A stretch of 64,000 nucleotides of DNA. Source: the human T2T-CHM13v2.0 reference genome, Homo sapiens. Location of the stretch: assembly GCF_009914755.1 (NCBI RefSeq), contig NC_060936.1; one strand, given 5' to 3'. Below the pieces are notes generated by a model, which made no database searches, was not told the origin of the DNA, and saw only the letters and a list, made by a program, of their open reading frames with translations. The translations under genes and the position numbers were made by a program. How positions within the stretch are numbered: the stretch's first letter is position 1; every line of letters begins with the position of its first letter. Shown one piece after another: positions 53,576 to 64,000 of the stretch.

Positions 53576-53662
53576 CCTAACCTTTTTGTCATCTTTGGCA
53601 TTTTTCACAGGCTCCAGCTCATTCCTGGCTTTAGTTGAACTTTTCTGACATTCTTCATATAG
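53576..53662 (+). pseudogene. Fossil exon: last TM before the EEP domain
   Basis: tttttgcAG| 87 nt, phase 2-2: LTFLSSLAFFTGSSSFLALVELF*HSSY (TGA for R; cf. CWH43 LGLRHKAY); donor AG|GTCAGT. Confidence 0.65.
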
Positions 53663-53822
53663 GTCAGTGCTACTCTTATATTTCATTCTTTGTTATATGA
53701 TTCTCCTTCCATCTTTTATGTGGTTGTTTTGAAGCCTGAACCCCTCAGAAAGTTTCCTCTGTGACCACATTATTTTCTCTGGAAGCCTGCTCTTTTATCT
53801 CCCCTCCGCAGCTGTTTGCAAA

Positions 53823-53856
53823 TGTGTGTATGTGTATGTGTGTGTGTGTGTGTGTG
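53823..53856. repeat. (TG)n microsatellite
   Basis: seen directly. Confidence 0.9.
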
Positions 53857-53981
53857 CCTGTCTGAAATGTTTTTTAGAGGCTCATTCCTTTCTGAGGTAG
53901 GTAGGTTCCTATTTAGAACTTCTGAGCCTAACATCATGCTTAGTTTACTTCTAATTTTAATGAACACTTTTATTAAGGTCC

Positions 53982-54357
53982 TGTCTTAGTTCATGTGCAC
54001 TGCTATAACAAAATACCTTAGACTGGGTAATATAAAGATAATAGAAATTTGTTTCTCCCAGTTCTCAAGGCTCAGAAGTTCAAGATCAAGATATGAGCAG
54101 ATTCAGTGTCTGGTGAGGGCTGTTCTCTGCTTCCAAAATGGTGCCTTGTTGTTTTGTCCTTACATGGTAGAAGGTGGAAGGGTAAAGGGGCCTACCTCGA
54201 TCCCTTTAGCCCTTTTATAAGGCACGAATTCCATCCAAAAGAGTAGAGCCCCCATGGCTTAACCACCTCCTAAAGGCCCCACCTCTTAATACTGTTGCAC
54301 GGAGGATTAAGTTTCAACAAGACTTTTGGAGGGGACACAAACTTTCAAACCATGGTA
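53982..54357 (-). mobile_element. MLT1A/MST-type ERVL-MaLR solo LTR
   Basis: tgtcttagt...tgctataacaaaataccttagactgggtaa...tctggtgagggc...cacctcctaaaggccccacctcttaatac...ttcaaaccat. Confidence 0.88.
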
Positions 54358-55220
54358 TATTCTAAATTTGTGTCTTAGTTCATCCTTTCTCTTTCACAAA
54401 CTCCAGGATGACATAATTTATTTCCTCCAAAATTTCTGTCACACCAGCATCACCTTCCAGTGACTTCTTCTTGTTAGAATTATGATAGAGGAGCTGTTAA
54501 TCTTCTTTTATAGCATAGCAATTGAGACCATGGGAAAATCTGGGTTCAAGTCCAACACCACCGCTTACTCTCTGGGTTGGCTGTAGGCAAATTGTTATGA
54601 AGACTGAAATAGTGCACACCAAGTGCTTTAGGAATGTGCTTGGTATATTTTTAGTCCTCAATAATTGCTAGTGGTTACCATAATCATTATCAGCATCAAT
54701 ATCATGATTCTGAGATAAGAAATTATTGTCAAGCTAAGTCAAGAATGAATAGATTCACTAAACAAGTATCTGGACTGTCGACATTCCCCTAACTATAATA
54801 TTGTAACTCTGTAAAAATATTTCTAATCTATACTCAGAAAATATCCTTCACACCTTCTGTTCCTGAGAGCTTCAATGTCTTTTTATACAGCAGTTTAACT
54901 GTCCTCAACTTCTCGCCCCAAACTTACATATTCAAACATTCATCAAGATGTTCAACAGAATAAAGGGCCTTACCAATATCAAACAAGCACCCTTTAAAAG
55001 TGCTCTGTAAAATTATCCTGTAATTTAGAAGACAGGTAGACGACGACATGACCACATAAAATCCTGTTATTGTTAGGAATGATTACTACTCCTTCAAATA
55101 CATACAAAGTCACTTTTAAGTTGGTTAGGCTTTTGAATAAGGAGAGAGGAATGGCTCAACCAGTCATTTTAGAATAAATAATTATCCCATGCTGATAGAG
55201 TGGAGTGGAATAATCTGAGA

Positions 55221-55340
55221 GTGATTGTGGGAGTTTGGACTTCAATTTGAAATATACAATGAGTTGTTCATGTTGAAAAACTGACCAGGATGAAAGACTG
55301 TTGGAGTTATTAGATAATTCTCTTCCGATAGAAGCTGAGC
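55221..55340 (+). mobile_element. Possible L3/CR1 endonuclease remnant
   Basis: VIVG / DFN ... LLELLDNSL resembles the CR1 APE-domain GDFN...FL..L.DN.L segment. Confidence 0.35.
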
Positions 55341-55414
55341 TAAAAATAAACTTCCTGTTTACTTCCTTTCCTTTCATCTAAAGTCAAGACGATGCATGTC
55401 AAAGATGGCTGTGC

Positions 55415-56700
55415 TTCATTCATTCATTCATTCATTCATTCATTCAGCAGTTATTTATTGAGTATCCACTGTATATCAGGTACTGTTCTGGGCATTAGAA
55501 TTACAGAGGTAAATGCAAGGTGCCTGCCTTCGTGGAGTGTACACTGTACAGGAGGGGATTAGATTTAAGCAAGAGAATAAGCCAGAAAGATAATTTCAGA
55601 TAGTGTTAAGGCCTGTGAAGAAAAGAGAACAGGCCAATGGAATGGGTAGTGCAAAGAGGGAGGAAATGAGATACTTGGAGACAAGAATGATGATAAGTTT
55701 CAGATCTGGGGAGCATTCTCTGAGGGGAAACTGGATTTTATATTCTATCCAGTGTGGATTGAGAAGCCATTTAGAGGTTGCAAGCAGGAGAGTAACATGT
55801 TCTGGATTTCATCTCACAGCAATTCCCCTGTGTTCTTAGGATAATGTATTGGAAATAAATCTGACTGGATGTGAGGATGCCAGTTAAGAGTCTGGTCCAG
55901 GAGAAAAAGGGTGGTGGATTGGATGAGAGTTGGGGAAGTGGGGATGGAGAAGAGTGACTAGAGTCAAGATTTATTTTGGGTTCTGAAGTGACAGGAACTC
56001 CCAACAGACACAGCTCTGTGGGGTGGTAAGGTAGAGGGATGTTTCTGACCTGCCTGTCTGGTGGAGGGTGGAACCCTTTGTTGAAATTAGAAAGGTAGAG
56101 GAGCTGGCTTTTTGGAGAGGATAGATATAGAGAGTGAGGAATGAAAAATTAAAGTCAGGGCTTTAAAAGCCTATGAGGCATCCACGTGGAGGTATAAAAT
56201 AGTCAGCCGGAGGGATAGTCAAAGCAAGAGGGAAATTGGGGAACATTAGCATGTTCATAATATTAATACTATGGGAATAGGGGAGATCAACAAGGAAGAA
56301 CGTAGAGAGAGAAGAAAAGAGGACCCAGGACAAAGCCCTGGAGAAATTAATTAGTGGGTAGAGAAAGAGGATGTTGAAGACTGAAAAGGAACAGCAGAGG
56401 AGTTGGGAAAACCAGGCAGATATTTTATTGCTAAATCCAAGAGAAGAGCTTTCAGAAGTTCTGAAAGTGGTCCACCATGTGAAGTTCTACTGGGAGATTA
56501 AGAACCGGAGAGCAGGAAAGGCCCATCATAGTGGCCAGATGGAAGTCATTGTGCTGTAAGCAAAAGTGTTTTGAGTGGGGTGTAGGTGGGTGGAGAAAAG
56601 ATTACAGGGAGTGAGAGAGTGAATGGGACGTGAGGAAGCAGATGGAGATGGTGAGTGCACATAGTTTTTCAAAGAAGCTGTGAATGGGCGGAACCTGGAG
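55415..56700 (-). mobile_element. Long L2 3' fragment with (TTCA)n tail
   Basis: ttcattcattca...tatttattgagtatccactgtatatcagg; L2 text continues to gcacatagtttttcaaagaag. Confidence 0.85.
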
Positions 56701-57379
56701 GGGATATGAGTCATCACAGAAATATTAGACATTTCTGAGATGGCACCTGAAAGAAAAGTTGACCTGGGAGAGGACTGGCTGGCATATAGTAATTACTCTG
56801 GGGTTTAAAGGGTAGGAATGGCTTGAGGTTAAGGTCTCTGACCTCTTTTTAGCTTAGGACAATCTCTCTTCCTCTTTTGTTCCTCCCAAGAGGACGTTGT
56901 TTGAGCATCCATCCATGACTGAAACTTGCCTGTCCTTGTACATTTTAGTAACATGAGCCAATAAATTTGCTTATATTTTTATAGCTTAAGATGTTTGCAA
57001 TAGAGTCTTTTTATTGTCTATATGGTACATATGTCTGTATCTATGTGATGCATGGCTACATAATCATATAAATACATTGTCTACATGGAGTTTCTCAGAA
57101 TTAAGAAAAAGCACAATTACTCTGTAGTTCACCCTAATAGTTATCTAAACTAAGGAAAGGGGGAATAAATGAAAAAAAGTAACATTTTATCATAATGTTG
57201 TTTTTAGATAGCATATATAGCATTTACTTTACCAGTTCATTGTAAGTTGGCAAACATTTAGAACTTGAAATGAAATCAGAGCTCATCTGGTTTAGTTTCA
57301 TTGAGTAGAGGAAATGGATGCCTAAAGGGAGTGAATGACCCATGGAAGGAAAGAACCTAGGACCTGGCTTTCAACCTAG

Positions 57380-57600
57380 GAACCAGAGCTTTGGAGTAAC
57401 ACAGACCTGGGTTTGAGTTCTGCCTCTGCCACCCATACCCTTGAAACTCTGGGTGAATTATTTAGCTGCTCTGTGTTTATTTTCTAATCCATAAAATGAA
57501 ATTATAAGACATTGATCTTGTAGTTATGAGGCATATATGAGATTGCAAATTAACTAGCAAGGCGTCTAGCACATAGAAATCCCTTGATCAGTGTTAAATC
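57380..57600 (+). mobile_element. MIR SINE
   Basis: gagctttggagt..cagacctgggtttgagttctgcctctgccac...ataaaatg. Confidence 0.75.
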
Positions 57601-57729
57601 TGTAGTGTCCCAAAACCTTGAATGAATTAGTAGTAAGCTGAAAAACATGAAGATCATCCTAGTATATAAAAATCATACTTTCCTCTCTTGTCTTCTTACT
57701 GTTAGTTTTTGGGTAAACCAGTAATTCCA

Positions 57730-57870
57730 TTTTTCAACAAATTATTTGGATAATTATTGATTCATATAAAGTTATAAGAAATAACAGAAAGAACTTGTGT
57801 ACAGTTTCCCCCAATGGTAACATTTTGAAAAACTTAATAAAATATCACTCAATAATTTGATGTTATGAAC
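57730..57870 (-). mobile_element. L1MC/MD-type 3' end
   Basis: gattcatataaagttataagaaataacagaaag...cagtttcccccaatggtaacatttt. Confidence 0.65.
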
Positions 57871-58129
57871 AACAAATATTTTACTGGTGCTAATATCTAT
57901 TAAAACATCAGAAAATTCAATTTTATGTAATTTGGGACTAAAGCAATATCCTGAATTTCAGTATCTGTTGGAACCATTAGACAAATGGATCTAGTGCCGC
58001 AGACAGCTGACTTTGCTCTGACTTGGTGACCTTGGCCAAGGCACTTAATTTTTATGCTCTAGAGCTAATTATAAATTGGGACAAAAGTACTCATCTCTGC
58101 TTAATTCAGGGGAGTGTTCCAGATTAATT

Positions 58130-58670
58130 CGATACTGTGCATATGTATCCCCTGGCTATCTCTCCTGCCACCTTTCTTTATATACTGTCTATGTTTTCCT
58201 TTTCCTTCTTTGCCAACCCATAATGATTTTCTCAGTTTTCAAAGCACACCATGTTTTATCTCGTTTCTATACATTTTCTAATGCTGTTCCTCCATGTCTA
58301 TCTTATTCCCTTCCTACCCTGCCTCCCAATCTATACATACACTTATTCTTCCTCCTCTTCTTTCCTTCCACACGCCCCCCAACTTCTACTTAATTTTTGA
58401 AATCACAACTTTTACAAAATCTTCAGGGGAAGCTCTGCATAACCCCCAGACCAGATTAGGTCCCAGTGGTGTGTTCCCTTAGCATCCTGGGCCTCCATTC
58501 ACAGCACTTTACCCCATGTCCTTATTGTGCTTTGTCTAGTGTTTGTTTTTACCAGTATGTGAAGTGAGGGCAGGGAGAAGATTGCCTTATTCACCACTTC
58601 ATTGTACTTACCACAGTGTCTGCCACAGAGTGGATGCCCAGTAAATACTCATTGAATGAGTGAATGAATA
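58130..58670 (+). mobile_element. L2 3' fragment
   Basis: tgagggcaggga...ccacagtgtctgccacagagtggatgcccagtaaatactcattgaatgagtgaatgaat. Confidence 0.75.
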
Positions 58671-58810
58671 CATTTAATAAACATACACTTGCTTTTTTGG
58701 AAGGAAACGCTGTGCAGATCAGGTGGAACTGTGGGTGGTATTTCTATTTAGTATGTGACTCATCTATATTGAAGGCTGTTAAATGTTTAAAGTGTATCTT
58801 TGTATGGTAG

Positions 58811-59189
<379 letters not shown>

Positions 59190-59817
59190 AGATGAATTTT
59201 AATAGGGAAGACAAACCCAAAATAGAGATGAATGTTTACTGTGGTGCATTAAAGCATTAAAGAGTTGTGAATGTGAAGCTCTCCCCAGTCTTTAGTAACA
59301 TCAAGTTATCTTGGTACAGGAAGCAAATAGCCACTTCTCATTTTGCCTCAGGTGGTGAAAAACTTCCCATTTTAGGCCAGTTGAGATTGTATGTGCTGTA
59401 TGGCTATGAATGCCAAATATGAGTCTTAAACTCCAAATATGTGGCTGAGCTAAAAGTAATGTTAAATTGTACTGTCTGCTTTGGTGTCTTATAATGACTT
59501 AAAATAATCAAAGTAAGAAGAAATTTTTGTACCTATGTCAACTGAGATTTCATTTGTTTTTTTTCTTTTTCTTCCTGTAGATTAGGACTTATAAATGTTC
59601 CCCTTCAGAGTACTAGCCTTGATTTATCCCATTGTTCCTGCCTTTTGCTTTCTCTGTCTCTGGTGTTGGGATAGCCCAATAAAACCAACTTTCTTCTATA
59701 CTCAGCAATTGCATTGGGAGGGAGGAGCAGAGACTTTTCCTTGTTTCATTTCTAGTCACTAAGAGGGTATTTTGAGCCTTGAGGTGTATATATCAGAGAT
59801 CCTAGATACCTAGATCC

Positions 59818-59974
59818 TATAGTTGGTTTACTATCAGAATCACCAGGCAAACTTTTAAAAAAAGTGCAGATTCTGGGACCCATGCCCAAAAATTCTTATT
59901 CAATAAGTTTAGGGTGGGACTGAAAATCAAACTCTTTTGATGATACTGATGTATAACCAAGTTTGGAAACTACT
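59818..59974. mobile_element. MER5-like hAT MITE
   Basis: atcagaatcacc...ttaaaa..tgcagattctgggaccc...gggtgggac...tgatactgatgt...aagtttggaaactactg. Confidence 0.65.
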
Positions 59975-60739
59975 GTTTGGGAATCCCAAATGCTTGAAAC
60001 CCTTTGTGAGTCTTTGGTGTCTTTGGGCTAAAATTCCAAACCTTGAGCATGGTCCTTTGTGGTCTGAGTTCTCCTGGTCCATTGCTCCAGCTTCTTTTCT
60101 GCACGCGACCCCCTCACACTCTTCTACTGAGCCATGGTAACTACCTGTAGGTTACTGATTGCTCAATGGATTTTCTTAACTTTTGGACATGGTGGAACAT
60201 GTTTTGCCCCCTCCATGTCCTGGGTAATTCCTGTTGTCTTTTGGACTTCTCTCACCTACTCTGATAGAGCTGGGCTTGTCTGGGCTCTCCTGGTGCCTTA
60301 TCTCTTCCCTTTCTTTTCCTACTTATCACACTGTATTGATTTGTCCTGCACATAGTGGGAATAAATAGATAGTTATGAATGGAATAAGTTGCTTGCTCAG
60401 TTTTCTGTCTTTCCTACTGTATTATGAGCTCCTTTAAATAAGACCTGCATCTTTTCCACTTTGTAGGCCTCGTGCACGTGTTAGCATGTGGAGAGCACTT
60501 AACAAATCATAGTTAAACATGTAAATTAATAACTGATATTGAAAATAAAAGAATCCTGTCCTTTGGGTAAAAGATCCTGCAGTAGTTAATGTTCTGAGCT
60601 GGAAAACATTTGCCTATTACAATAGACATGTATTTTACTAGAATAGAAAAGAACCTGGGCCATAAACAGTAATTGAGATTGGGAATATTAATAGAAAAAC
60701 AGAGAAACATACAGTTAAATTGTTCTGTATGTATTTTCA

Positions 60740-61250
60740 AGTGTTTTATTTTATTTTCATATAGGTAATACCATCGTATGTTACAAATTTTAAAGATAAA
60801 ATAGTATACAGGGAAGAAAGAGTCTCCTTCCTGCCTCATTTCTCAGCCACCAATTTCTCCAACCCAGAGGCAGTCAACGTTTTAGTTTTATACCTTTCAC
60901 AAGACGAATGGTAACATAGGCTGCAGGCTGTCTGTTTGCTTTTTTACTTACTGGTTTGTCTTACTGGCAAACATCTATATAAATGAGTGAGTACACAAGG
61001 AGATTCTTTTTATCTCTTTCATTGTTTCAAAGTATTCCACTCTATGGATATATTCCAATTCATTTTACTAGTCCATTATTGATGGATTTTTAGGTGACCG
61101 TTTTAAATTCCATATCTGTGAATTCATTTTTTCACCCATGTCATTTTGCGCATGCACATGTATATGTAGGAAAATTTTTAGAGCTATATTTTCTAGGTCA
61201 TTGAATGTGTGCTTTGTAATATTACCAAACTGCCAAAATGGGGATTATAT
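60740..61250 (-). mobile_element. L1ME-type old fragment
   Basis: gtattccactctatggatatattcc...ttactagtccattattgatggatttttagg. Confidence 0.6.
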
Positions 61251-61370
61251 CAATTGTTCTGTTAATTGTCACCACCAACCTCAAATACCTGGGACCTTGT
61301 GGGCTCCGGATCAATTGTTCTGTTAATTGTCACCACCAGCCTCAAATACCTGGGACCTTGTGGGCTCGGG
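61249..61370. repeat. 61-bp tandem duplication (59/61 identical)
   Basis: atcaattgttctgttaattgtcaccacca(a/g)cctcaaatacctgggaccttgtgggctc(c/g)gg x2. Confidence 0.95.
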
Positions 61371-61517
61371 CCATCAAGCAGATGGTCTTTCAGACTGTGC
61401 AATGTATTCTGTAATGTGTACATTTGGTTGAGATGAGTTGAAAGTATTTGAGAGTACCTGGAACTCTGAAGCTACCTCAGCTACCTGAAGCAACCATTGA
61501 GGCTGAATTTTCAGAAT
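61340..61517 (+). pseudogene. Fossil exon: start of the EEP-like domain
   Basis: caccAG| phase 2 (matches 53662) LKYLG... VFCNV / FG*DE ... QLPEATIEAEF (cf. CWH43 AIWPFRFGYDNE...HLLNETGADF). Confidence 0.6.
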
Positions 61518-61614
61518 GTTAGTGTTTATCTATTAAATTAATCGTTTATTTAGGGATATTTAGTTAATAAATAAAATAATAAAATGTAAACATTTTCTCA
61601 TTGGAGTTTTATCA

Positions 61615-61934
61615 GTATTTCTGCCATTGATCCTTGGAAAGGGGACTTATATATGATTAGAGTCAGGAATTTGGAAATCATAGGAAGTAACAGCAAAGTT
61701 GACAGTTGACTGAAATAATTAAAAGAAGGTCTAGGAGGACATGGTTCTTCCTTGTACACCTACTGGTCATGCCCAATGAGGAGAGTCATTCCTCCTATGC
61801 TTTCCATTTTGTTGAAGGATCATAACAGGCTGCACTTTCTGATAGAATTTCACATAGTGCTGGAGCCAGGTTCACCATCATTTTCTTTATTTTGGTTTGC
61901 ATTTCTGTCTTGAGGATCTAAATTTTTTTCTTAG
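61615..61934 (+). pseudogene. Fossil exon(s): EEP-like domain core
   Basis: GDL / I*LESG / IIGSN...HGSSLYTYWSC ... LYFGLHFCLEDL then AG|GTAACT (cf. CWH43 ADFITILESD..MGNND..FGPSTRYHTWG..THFGNHEDDLD); 5' boundary uncertain. Confidence 0.55.
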
Positions 61935-62089
61935 GTAACTTTTCTGGCATCAGAAAATTTTCTCAGGCATACATTTTACCTGAAATACTTATTATGAACA
62001 ATGAATATTAATCATTCTATTGAGACTGGCAGAACCTAGGATCATGAACACCACACTTTAAATGTGCTTTTATTTTAAGTAAGAGTCAT

Positions 62090-63080
62090 TTTTTTCTGGG
62101 ATTTTTAAAATTGTTGATAAAAATTTAGGAAATTCAGAACTATATTTTGAAAAGGAAAGAAAATGTTTCTACCTTTATCATATGAATGCAGAAATTATTG
62201 ATATTTGGTATGTTTTCTTTGATCTTGATTATATAGATTTCTTCACATTCTTAAACACTTATACTGTGCAATGTATGTAGCATCCTGAATTTTCAACTAT
62301 ATGAAAATTACATATTTTTTCAGGTTAAAAATTATTTTAAATGATTTTAATGAGATATTAATATTCTATATTATGCATATAACATAACATATTTAACCAT
62401 TCTCATATTGTGGGATATTTGTGTTTCTATTTTTAGCTCTTTTAAAATGTGCTGCAGCTAATAACTTTTCTGTGAATGTTAGTCTATGACTATCTTGCTA
62501 TGCATATTGCAAATGGAAATACCAGATCAAAGGGTATCAATATTTTTTAAACTCTAGATACAAAAATGCCAAGATGCTTCCAGAGTAAGACTCTAATTTA
62601 TACCTCCATCATCAATTTATGAAGTTGTCCATATCATATATTCTTTTAACTTTGTCCCCCATTTTTTAAAAACATGCACAATTATATCTTCTTGTTTACA
62701 TTTTAAACATTATTATTAGTGAAGTAGAGTATTTTAAAAGTTTGTTACTCATTTTTCTTTCCCTTTTTGTTAAATATCTATCCCTGCCTATCCTTTTGTA
62801 TTTCTGTCTTTAGGAGACTTGCTGCTTTTTCCCAGAGATTTTAATGTTCTTTCTATATAAACTATATTTCAATGGTCACAGATATTTTCTCCAGGAAATT
62901 CCAGCTTTTTTGCCTTTTAATTTTCTCAGACTGGGTAAATTTAAGAATTTATTTATATGAAGTCTACTAATCTTTTACTTTGTGAATTCTTTCTTTGCTT
63001 TTGTGTTGGGAAATCCTTTCTATATTCAAAGTGATGACAAATATTCATCCATATTTTCTCCTATTTTAAAAATAATTTCA
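62090..63080 (-). mobile_element. L1ME-type old fragment
   Basis: catatttaaccattctcatattg...aaatggaaataccagatcaaagggtat...aatttatacctccatcatcaat. Confidence 0.65.
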
Positions 63081-63099
63081 TTAAAGGATAAGTTCTTAA

Positions 63100-63560
63100 A
63101 GGAGTAATTCTATAATGTATCAGGTGGTGGGAAATGCAGAGAAGCAAAGTGAATCAAGTAGGGGGTATGTGAAGTGTGGGCTGTGAAGGAAGGCCTCGCT
63201 TACCAGATGCACCTGACCAGAGACCTGTGGGGGGAGGGGAGGGAGACAAGCCAACGTACCTGATGCTCCAAGCAGAGGGATCAGCAAATGTAAAGGTCCT
63301 TAGTGGGAGTATGCTCAGCTCAAGGGCTATCAGGAAGGCCTGTGTTGGGGGAGCAGAATGAGTGCTTGGGAGAGAGCAGGTGGAAATGAGGCCTGAATTT
63401 CAGAATAGGCCGGGGGCAGGAGCATTCTAGCCTCTCATAAACCATTTTGGGTGCTTGGGTTTTTACTCTTAATGACACAGGAATCATTGCAAAGACTTAA
63501 ATAGGGGAGTGACCTGACATGACTTACTTTTAAAAAGGATTACTTTAACTGCTTGAGAAA
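63100..63560 (-). mobile_element. L2 fragment
   Basis: ccaagcagagggatcagcaaatgtaaaggtcct...ggggagtgacctgacatgacttactttt. Confidence 0.7.
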
Positions 63561-63710
63561 GCATAGATATCTAAAAGAAAATGTCCAGGCACAGGGATCC
63601 TATGTATACCCTCCTTCCTTTTGAAATTTGTGCTTTCTTGCTTATAAACTTGCTATAATCTATACCTAATCTATTAAAAACATATTTCAAATAAATAAGA
63701 AAGAGATGGA

Positions 63711-64000
63711 TGTAGCAGTTCAGTTGTGTTCAGATGTATGTAACAAACCCTGCTGCAGAGGTTGAATCCAGTGGGGCTTTATTTTTCTCTCATCACAGGA
63801 AACCTGGAGGAAGACAATTCAGGACTAGTTCAGCAGCTCAAGGAAGGCCTCCAGGATACAGGCTTCTTCTACTGTCCTAAACATGTATGTGGCTATCATC
63901 CTCATGTTGACAAGATTGATGCTTTCCTCCAGACACCACATTCTGCATCCTAGGCAGGAGGAAGGAGATGGTCAGAAGACAGCTGAAACTGTCTTTTCAC
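63711..64000 (-). mobile_element. MLT1J-like LTR, cut by the window end
   Basis: cagttgtgttcagatgtatgtaac...ttcagcagctcaagga...ccaggatacaggcttcttct. Confidence 0.6.

Overview
Primate (human-like) genomic DNA. It is AT-rich and dense in interspersed repeats: nine Alu/FLAM pieces, three L1PA 3' fragments, old L1M, many L2/MIR, MaLR LTRs and MER20/MER5. None of the listed six-frame ORFs looks like an intact gene. Two non-repeat signals stand out. (1) A CpG-enriched promoter-like region with a candidate first exon ending ATG|GTAAGT at 6419, so much of the window may be a long first intron; the host gene was not identified. (2) The main result: about 17 decayed, splice-site-flanked exon remnants on the + strand between ~31.96 kb and ~61.93 kb. 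Translated through stops and frameshifts, they are colinear with a full-length, fungal-style Cwh43 architecture: Frag1/DRAM/PGAP2-like N-terminal domain, then a CWH43/PGAP2IP multi-pass membrane region, then an exo/endo/phosphatase (EEP)-like domain. This looks like an intron-containing fossil (unitary pseudogene) of a divergent CWH43-family GPI-lipid-remodelling gene. The family match is a by-eye alignment to sequences recalled from memory and needs tblastn/HMM confirmation. Boundaries of old repeats are approximate.
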